In this document: positions 58,357 to 64,000 of the stretch, in pieces
Layout: every line of letters begins with the position of its first letter
Numbering within the stretch: position 1 is the stretch's first letter
NCBI GenBank assembly: GCA_965250285.1
Contig: OZ252299.1
Location: forward strand, 1,824,001-1,888,000
Direction: 5' to 3'
Length of the DNA: 64,000 bases
DNA from: Myxococcota bacterium
GTDB taxonomy: Bacteria; Myxococcota_A; UBA9160; UBA4427
The notes under the pieces: generated by a model
What the model was told of the DNA's origin: nothing
The model's input: the letters and a program-made list of their open reading frames with translations, nothing else
The model's database searches: none
Translations under genes and position numbers: made by a program

Positions 58357-59019
58357 TCAGCCGGCCGCAGGCGTGGGTGCGGGCGTGGGCGCGGACGCGG
58401 GCGCCGGGGGCACGGTCGGCGCTTCGGGCTCGGCGGCCGCTCGGGCCTCGCGCCGCAGCCGGGCGACCGCGTCCTCGAGGGTCGTTCGCTCGATCAGGCC
58501 GGTGTGCACCTCGTCGATCAGGCCGTCGGGCGTGACGATGATGAGCGTCGGGAACCCGAGCGCGCCGACGCGACGCGCGAGCGGCTCGCCCTCGAGCAGC
58601 ACCGGGTAGCGGACGTCCTTCTCGGCCACCCAGTCGGCGACGACGTCGGCGCCCGCGGTATCGACCGACGCGCCGTAGAGCACCAGATCGGTCTCGTCGC
58701 GGTGGTCGTCCCAGAAAGCGTTCAGCTCGGGCACTTGAAACTCGCAGGGCGGACACCACGTGGCCCAGAAGTCGATCACCACGATCTTGCCCGCCAGATC
58801 GCCCGAGTCGACATGGCCGCCGCCGAGGCGAGGCAGATCGAAGGCCGGGGCGGGCTCGAGCGCGGGCGCGGCTTGCTCGACCTCGGCGCCGGGCTCCGCA
58901 GGCGCGCCGGCCGGCGGGGCCTTCGCGTCACCGCAGGCCCCCGCAGCGAGCGACAGCGCCAACCCCATCAGGGCGGCGCGGGCGAGCAGCGTCGTGCGTC
59001 GACGGTCCGAAGGTCTCAA
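58357..59019 (-). CDS. TlpA-family thiol:disulfide oxidoreductase (probable lipoprotein)
   Basis: APAFDLP, DFWATWCPPC, GFPT; lipobox-like LAAGAC; Pro/Ala tail. Confidence 0.9.
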   Translation of the reverse strand: MRPSDRRRTTLLARAALMGLALSLAAGACGDAKAPPAGAPAEPGAEVEQAAPALEPAPAFDLPRLGGGHVDSGDLAGKIVVIDFWATWCPPCEFQVPELNAFWDDHRDETDLVLYGASVDTAGADVVADWVAEKDVRYPVLLEGEPLARRVGALGFPTLIIVTPDGLIDEVHTGLIERTTLEDAVARLRREARAAAEPEAPTVPPAPASAPTPAPTPAAG

Positions 59020-59789
59020 TGCAGGGCCTGCTCCACGCTGTTCACGAAGTCGTTCATGAACGAGAACCAGCTGTTGAAGGCGGTCAGCTGGTTGGTCGCC
59101 AGCAGCAGCCCGCCGATCATCAAGATGCCACCGGATGCGATCTCGAGCTTGCGAAAGTGCCGCTTCACCCGGGCAAAGGTGTTGAAGAAGGTCTCGATCG
59201 ACCAGCCCGCGACGAGAAACGGCACGGCGAGGCCCGCCGAATAGACCGAGAGCAGCACGGTGCCTTCGACCATCGTCTCATTGCTGCCCGCGAGCGTGAG
59301 CACCGAGCTGAGGATCGGACCGACACACGGCGACCAGCCAAGCGCGAACCCGGCGCCGACGAGGAAGGTCTCGAAGAACCGGTAGTGCTTGATGTCGACC
59401 TGCATGCGGGCGTCGCGGTAGAGCTGCCGGATCGGCACCAGACCGGTCATGTGCAGCCCCAGCACGATGATCAGGACGCCCGCGATCTGGGCAATGCCCA
59501 TCTCGAAGCCCCAGATCTCGATCCGCCACGCGCGCACGGTGTGCCCGAGGGCGACGGCGCCGATGCCGAGCACGATGAAGACGACCGAGAACCCGAGCAC
59601 GAAGCCGACGCAAGCGCGCATCACCTTGCGCCGCAGCTCGCGGTCTTGGCTGCCCTGCTCCATCTCTTCGACCGAGATGCCGGAAACCAGCGAGAGGTAG
59701 GCCGGCATCAGCGGCAGCACACACGGCGAGAGCACCGAGAGCAGACCGGCCGCAAATGCGAGCGGGAGTTGTGTCGTGAAGGTTTCCAT
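59016..59789 (-). CDS. ccdA: Cytochrome c biogenesis protein CcdA
   Basis: AGLLSVLSPCVLPLMPAYL, FALGWSPCVGPIL, YSAGLAVPF. Confidence 0.93.
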   Translation of the reverse strand: METFTTQLPLAFAAGLLSVLSPCVLPLMPAYLSLVSGISVEEMEQGSQDRELRRKVMRACVGFVLGFSVVFIVLGIGAVALGHTVRAWRIEIWGFEMGIAQIAGVLIIVLGLHMTGLVPIRQLYRDARMQVDIKHYRFFETFLVGAGFALGWSPCVGPILSSVLTLAGSNETMVEGTVLLSVYSAGLAVPFLVAGWSIETFFNTFARVKRHFRKLEIASGGILMIGGLLLATNQLTAFNSWFSFMNDFVNSVEQALH

Positions 59790-60085
59790 GGCGGGACCCT
59801 TTCGAGGGTCGCGCGGGCCTTCAGGTGACGCCAGCGAGCCCGCCGCCACACAGGAGTGCGGCCTCGTGCGTGCGGGGAGAGTCGGGTCGGACCGGGACGC
59901 GCCCCCTGCACGCAGCCGACAGCGGCCCGATCTGGACAGCCCGCCGACTCCGCCCGGGGGGCGGCCCGAGCGCGCCCATCACGCGACTCGGCCGTCCCCC
60001 CGGTGCGGAGCGATCTCGCGGCGCTCGATCCGAGCCCATGCCCATCCGGCCCCGGCTCCGCGGACGGAGCCGGCGGCGCGTTGGG

Positions 60086-60514
60086 CTACCAGGCCTCCGG
60101 CGCCGAAGCGACCTGCGGCGGCGGATCCCGGTACTCGGGCGCGCGCCCGACGAACTCGAGCGTGTCCTGCCCCTGCAGCATCTCGGGCGTGATCACATAG
60201 GTGCCGCGCACCGACCGTGTGACCACAGTCTGGGCGACCCGCGAGTCGCCGCCCGAGAACGCCCAGGCGAAGCCCGCGGCCGTCGTGCCGCCAATGGCGT
60301 AGACCACCTTGGCCGGGCCGTAGACCAGACTCGACAGCGCAGCAGCCATGCCGAGGCCGCCCTCCTTGGCCGTGCTCTCGGCCCAGGCCGTGGGCGCCGC
60401 GAACAAGGCGGCGGCGACGATCATCGCCCCGAGCCCACGGGCCAGCTTGCGCCGGGCACACGAAGCGTGCGCCCGGTCCATCACCGGGTTCATCGATTTC
60501 ATTTCGGTTTTCAC
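60086..60514 (-). CDS. Hypothetical exported/membrane protein
   Basis: Signal peptide ending PTAWA; Gly/Ala-rich segment LVYGPAKVVYAIGG; coding-like codon bias. Confidence 0.7.
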   Translation of the reverse strand: MKTEMKSMNPVMDRAHASCARRKLARGLGAMIVAAALFAAPTAWAESTAKEGGLGMAAALSSLVYGPAKVVYAIGGTTAAGFAWAFSGGDSRVAQTVVTRSVRGTYVITPEMLQGQDTLEFVGRAPEYRDPPPQVASAPEAW

Positions 60515-60720
60515 CTCTCACCGGCTCGCGCGCCGTGGCGGCGAGCCCTCATGGACGGCCAGGCCGTCGGTTCCCCCACCCGGGAGTGTTCCGTCGAACC
60601 GGCCCGCGGGCAAGCCGAGGCGTCCGACCCCCACGTCGGGATCGATCGGCAGAGGTGCGGAACCAAATCGTGAGACGCGTCGCAGCCCGGGGCCGAGCCG
60701 GCTCGGCGGGGGCCATCGGC

Positions 60721-61170
60721 TCAGTCGCGTCGCGCGGTGTCGATCCACAGCGTGACGGGGCCGTCGTTCTCGAGACCGACCTGCATGTGCGCGCCGAAGC
60801 GCCCGGTGACGACCCGCACCCCCTCGGCGCGGGCGGCCGCGACGACCGCTTCGACGAGCGGCGCGGCCTGCTCGGGGGCGGCCGCCGCCCCGAAGCTCGG
60901 CCGGCGCCCCTTTCGAGTGTCCCCGAACAGCGTGAACTGCGACACCACGAGCAGGTCGCCTTCGCCGTCGAGGAGCGAGCGATTCATGCGACCGGCGTCG
61001 TCTTCGAAGATGCGCAGACCCACGATCTTGCGAGCGAGCTCGCGTGCATCGCCCTCGACGTCGTCGTGGGTCACGCCGACGAGCGCCAGCAGCCCGGCCT
61101 CGATCTCGGCGACCCGATCGCCGTCGACGTCGACGTGGGCGTGGCTCACGCGTTGAACCACGGCGCGCAT
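60721..61170 (-). CDS. dtd: D-aminoacyl-tRNA deacylase
   Basis: [35 protein letters not shown]. Confidence 0.97.
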   Translation of the reverse strand: MRAVVQRVSHAHVDVDGDRVAEIEAGLLALVGVTHDDVEGDARELARKIVGLRIFEDDAGRMNRSLLDGEGDLLVVSQFTLFGDTRKGRRPSFGAAAAPEQAAPLVEAVVAAARAEGVRVVTGRFGAHMQVGLENDGPVTLWIDTARRD

Positions 61171-61176
61171 GCGGGC

Positions 61177-61689
61177 CTAGATCCGATCCTGGCGCGCGAA
61201 TCGCCCGGTGTGGAACGCCTCGCCCTCGGTCCGCAGCAGCACGATCTGACAGATGCGGGTGCCGGCGTGAATCAGCAGCGGCCGATGGGAGACGTTGCTC
61301 ATCTCGAGCACTTGGTGGTTGTCGACGCCGGGCTGCACGAAGGCCGACGTGACGTGGATCATCAGTCCGAGCCGGGCAAACCGGCTGCGCCCCTCGAGCG
61401 TCCCGCAGACGTTGCCGGGCAGACGGATGCGTTCGCGCGTGATGCCGTGGATCGTCTCGCCGGGGTCGAGGCGAAACGGCTGATCGAGGGCTTCGACGCG
61501 GGTGTGCGCGCGAAAGTCGGTGTCGTCGTCGATCGGGATCGGTTCACCGCCCGGTTCGATCACGCGAATCTCGTCGCCGAGGGTCAGGTCGATCGAGGCC
61601 GCACCGACCTGATCCCGCTCGAACGGCGTGATCGAGATCTGGCCGGCATCGATCTCGGCGAGGATCACGTCTCGGGTCAGCACGGACAT
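61177..61689 (-). CDS. dcd: dCTP deaminase
   Basis: ASIDLTLG, GRSRFARLGL.IH, VQPG, LEMSN, RICQ. Confidence 0.88.
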   Translation of the reverse strand: MSVLTRDVILAEIDAGQISITPFERDQVGAASIDLTLGDEIRVIEPGGEPIPIDDDTDFRAHTRVEALDQPFRLDPGETIHGITRERIRLPGNVCGTLEGRSRFARLGLMIHVTSAFVQPGVDNHQVLEMSNVSHRPLLIHAGTRICQIVLLRTEGEAFHTGRFARQDRI

Positions 61690-61852
61690 CGGGGCGCGCA
61701 GCATACCGCACGCGCGTGACGACGATGCCGGCCACTCGCTCGGCGGCGCGGCCTGCTCGTGTGCGCCCCCGAAAGCGACCGGGCCGGTCGAGACACAGGG
61801 GGGCACGCGGCCGCGGGCCGGGGAGCCGCGCCCGCGTGATACCGTTGGCGCC

Positions 61853-62680
61853 ATGCCTGGCCGCCCCGATCATCCCTACTTCGACGTGCCTCGCCCGACG
61901 GTGCTGGGCCACCGCGGCAGCGCGGGCACCGCGCCCGAGAACACACTCGCGAGCTTCTCCGAAGCGCTCGAGCGCGGGGCCGATATCCTCGAGAGCGACG
62001 TCCACGTGACCGCCGACGGCGTGCCGGTGCTGATCCACGACCCGAGCGTCGACCGCACGACCGACGGCGAGGGGCGCGTCGAGACGCTGACGTTCGAGGC
62101 CCTCCAGCAGCTCGACGCCGGGTTCCGGTTCGGCGACGCAGACGCCGGCGCGTTCCCCGAGCGCGACCGGGGGCACCACGTGCCGTCGCTCGCCCAGGCG
62201 TTCGAACGCTTCCCCGACGCCCGCTTCAATCTCGAGATCAAGGCCCCCGGCGTCGCGCTCGCCGCTTCGGTTCTCGAGCTGGTGGCGCGCTTCGATCGAG
62301 CCGATCGCACGCTGCTGACCGCAGGGGAGGATGCCGACATGGCGTCGCTGCGCGAAGCGCTCGCGACGAGCGCGGTCTCGCCGGCGATCGGCGCCAGCCT
62401 CGGCGACATCCTGGCCGTCGTGCAATCGGCCCTCGAATCGCGCGCCCCCGAGACGACGAGCATGGCGATCCAGATCCCGGATTCGTTCGCCGGCAAGCCG
62501 CTCGTGACCCAAGACCTCGTCGGCCACGCGCATGCGTACGACATCGCCGTGCACGTCTGGACGATCAACGAGCCGAGTGAGATGCAGCGCCTGCTCGACC
62601 TCGGCGTCGATGGGCTCGTCACCGACCACCCCGGGCGCATGGCCGAGCTGGTGCGCGCGCGGGGAGATCGCAGCGACTGA
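61853..62680 (+). CDS. Glycerophosphodiester phosphodiesterase
   Basis: GHRG..PENT, ESDVH.TADG, HD..VDRTT, NLEIK, WTIN, GVDGLVTD. Confidence 0.93.
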   Translation: MPGRPDHPYFDVPRPTVLGHRGSAGTAPENTLASFSEALERGADILESDVHVTADGVPVLIHDPSVDRTTDGEGRVETLTFEALQQLDAGFRFGDADAGAFPERDRGHHVPSLAQAFERFPDARFNLEIKAPGVALAASVLELVARFDRADRTLLTAGEDADMASLREALATSAVSPAIGASLGDILAVVQSALESRAPETTSMAIQIPDSFAGKPLVTQDLVGHAHAYDIAVHVWTINEPSEMQRLLDLGVDGLVTDHPGRMAELVRARGDRSD

Positions 62681-62690
62681 CGAAAGACGC

Positions 62691-63236
62691 GTGGAGACGT
62701 CCTCCCACTTCGACGCGGCGCTGCCGCTGATCCTCGCCGGACGGGGTCGCGGTCCGGTCCTCGACCTCGCGTCGGGGCGCGGGCGACACGCGCTCGCGTG
62801 CACCGCCGCGGGCTTGGCCACGATCGCGCTCGACCGCGATCTGGGGGCGCTGCGCGAGCTGGCCGAGGCGCACGCGGCGCTCGAGCCGGTCCGCCGCGCG
62901 CCCCTGCTCTGCGTGCGAGCCGACATCGAGACCGAGCATGGTATCCCCGTCGAATCAGCGAGTTGCGGCGCAATCCTCGTCTTCAACTTTCTCTTTCGAC
63001 CGCTCGCGGGGGCGATCATGGCCGCCCTCGCGCCGGGCGGGTTGCTCGTCTACGAGACGTTTACGACCGCTCAGCGCGGCCTCGGCTACGGACCGAAACG
63101 AGACGCGTTCCTGCTCGCGGCGGGCGAGCTCCGCGAGCTGTTTCCCGGGCTCGAGATCGTGCATTTCGAAGAGGGGCGCGTCGACGCCCCCCGGCCCCGT
63201 GAGACGGCGCGTCTGATCGCGCGCCGTCGGCTCTAG
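62691..63236 (+). CDS. Class I SAM-dependent methyltransferase (TehB-like)
   Basis: VLDLASGRGRHA, ALDRD, FNFLFRPL, LAPGGLLVYETF. Confidence 0.85.
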   Translation: METSSHFDAALPLILAGRGRGPVLDLASGRGRHALACTAAGLATIALDRDLGALRELAEAHAALEPVRRAPLLCVRADIETEHGIPVESASCGAILVFNFLFRPLAGAIMAALAPGGLLVYETFTTAQRGLGYGPKRDAFLLAAGELRELFPGLEIVHFEEGRVDAPRPRETARLIARRRL

Positions 63237-63250
63237 ACGGCGGGGGTGCC

Positions 63251-64000
63251 TCAATCGCCCTCTCGGTGGGCGTCGAGCCGATCGCGTGCCCAGCACGCGT
63301 GGGCCGCGATCGCCGGATCCTCGTGGTCGCAGAGCCGCTCGATCTGAGGGCGCAGCGAGGCGTCACCGGCATTGCCCGCGGCGATCAGCGCGTTGCGCAC
63401 CAGACCCTCGAGCCCCGCGCGGCGCACCGGGCTGCGACGCGCGGCTTCGCCGAAGGTCTGGGGCTCGAGCTCGAGGAGCTGACGCAGCGGCGGGGCCGAC
63501 CACGCGCTGCGCGGCGCGAGCCGAGCACGCAGCCCGAGCGGATCGCTCGGGCGCACGCGCGCCCGCCGATGGTTCCATGGGCACACCGCCTGGCAGACGT
63601 CACAGCCGAAGACATGGTCGCCGTGCCCGGCGCGCAGCGGCTCGGGGATCGGCGCGCGCGTCTCGATCGTCGTGTAAGCGATGCAGCGGGTCGCGTCGAG
63701 CACGCCGGCCTCGACGAACGCGTCGGTCGGACACGCGTCGAGGCACGCCGTGCAGGTGCCACAGTGATCGGCGATCGGCGCGTCGACGGGCAGCTCGAGG
63801 TCGCAGATCAACACCCCGAGAAACAGGTACGAGCCGAGCGCGGGGTCGATGAGGCAGCCGTTCTTGCCGAGCCAACCGAGGCCGGCCGCGGCGGCGAACG
63901 CCCGCTCCTGAACCGGGCCGGTGTCGACGTAGGCGCGCCAGACGACGTCCGCACCGGCGAGGGAGGGCAGCGCGTGCCCGAGGCTCCGCAGCCGGTCGAG
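63251..64000 (-). CDS. queG: tRNA epoxyqueuosine(34) reductase, 3' part (truncated by window end)
   Basis: YVDTGPVQER..A..AGLGWLGKN, CGTCTACLDACPT, CIAYTTIE, FGCDVCQAVCPWN. Confidence 0.95.
   Translation of the reverse strand, partial: LDRLRSLGHALPSLAGADVVWRAYVDTGPVQERAFAAAAGLGWLGKNGCLIDPALGSYLFLGVLICDLELPVDAPIADHCGTCTACLDACPTDAFVEAGVLDATRCIAYTTIETRAPIPEPLRAGHGDHVFGCDVCQAVCPWNHRRARVRPSDPLGLRARLAPRSAWSAPPLRQLLELEPQTFGEAARRSPVRRAGLEGLVRNALIAAGNAGDASLRPQIERLCDHEDPAIAAHACWARDRLDAHREGD

Noticed and set aside
59790..60085. GC-rich intergenic region with several short ORFs
   Set aside because: No RBS, coding bias or clear structure that I can support

Overview
Very GC-rich bacterial chromosome segment with about 60 genes. 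Gene order and protein style suggest a deltaproteobacterial/Myxococcota-type organism (inference only). No rRNA, tRNA, CRISPR array, transposase or prophage was recognised. (1) 1-19.6 kb is a lipid/acyl-CoA catabolic cluster: six acyl-CoA dehydrogenases including long/short pairs, a double-domain class III CoA-transferase, hot-dog dehydratases, an enoyl-CoA hydratase, two paralogous acyl-CoA ligases, an SDR, a VOC protein and an LLM oxidoreductase. It is interrupted by a two-gene cassette encoding a secreted TSP3/dockerin-like protein and a cohesin-like protein with a C-terminal sorting anchor. (2) 19.6-27.8 kb holds DsbA-like, ATL, oligopeptidase A, ABC1 kinase, Na+/solute symporter and DUF368 genes. 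(3) 28-47 kb is a long minus-strand housekeeping run: pheA-hisC-tyrA-rpsA-ihfB-lapA-lapB-like-mutS-amidase-glnD-xerD-tRNA nucleotidyltransferase-scpA-scpB-rluB. (4) 47.7-64 kb holds a diguanylate cyclase, coaE, an FHA protein, trpEGDCFBA, a cNMP-binding protein, tlpA-ccdA, dtd, dcd, a GDPD, a methyltransferase and partial queG. The most notable observations are: a putative non-cellulosomal cohesin-dockerin surface-display pair; a recurring TCAAG-N15-NNCGA(T/C) sigma28-like promoter in front of four signalling-type genes; a shared TCTGACG-N3-CGTCA(G/A)A operator at two catabolic operons; an unannotated 55-aa secreted peptide; and an LLM gene that appears to have lost its start codon. All functional calls come from motif reading, not database searches.
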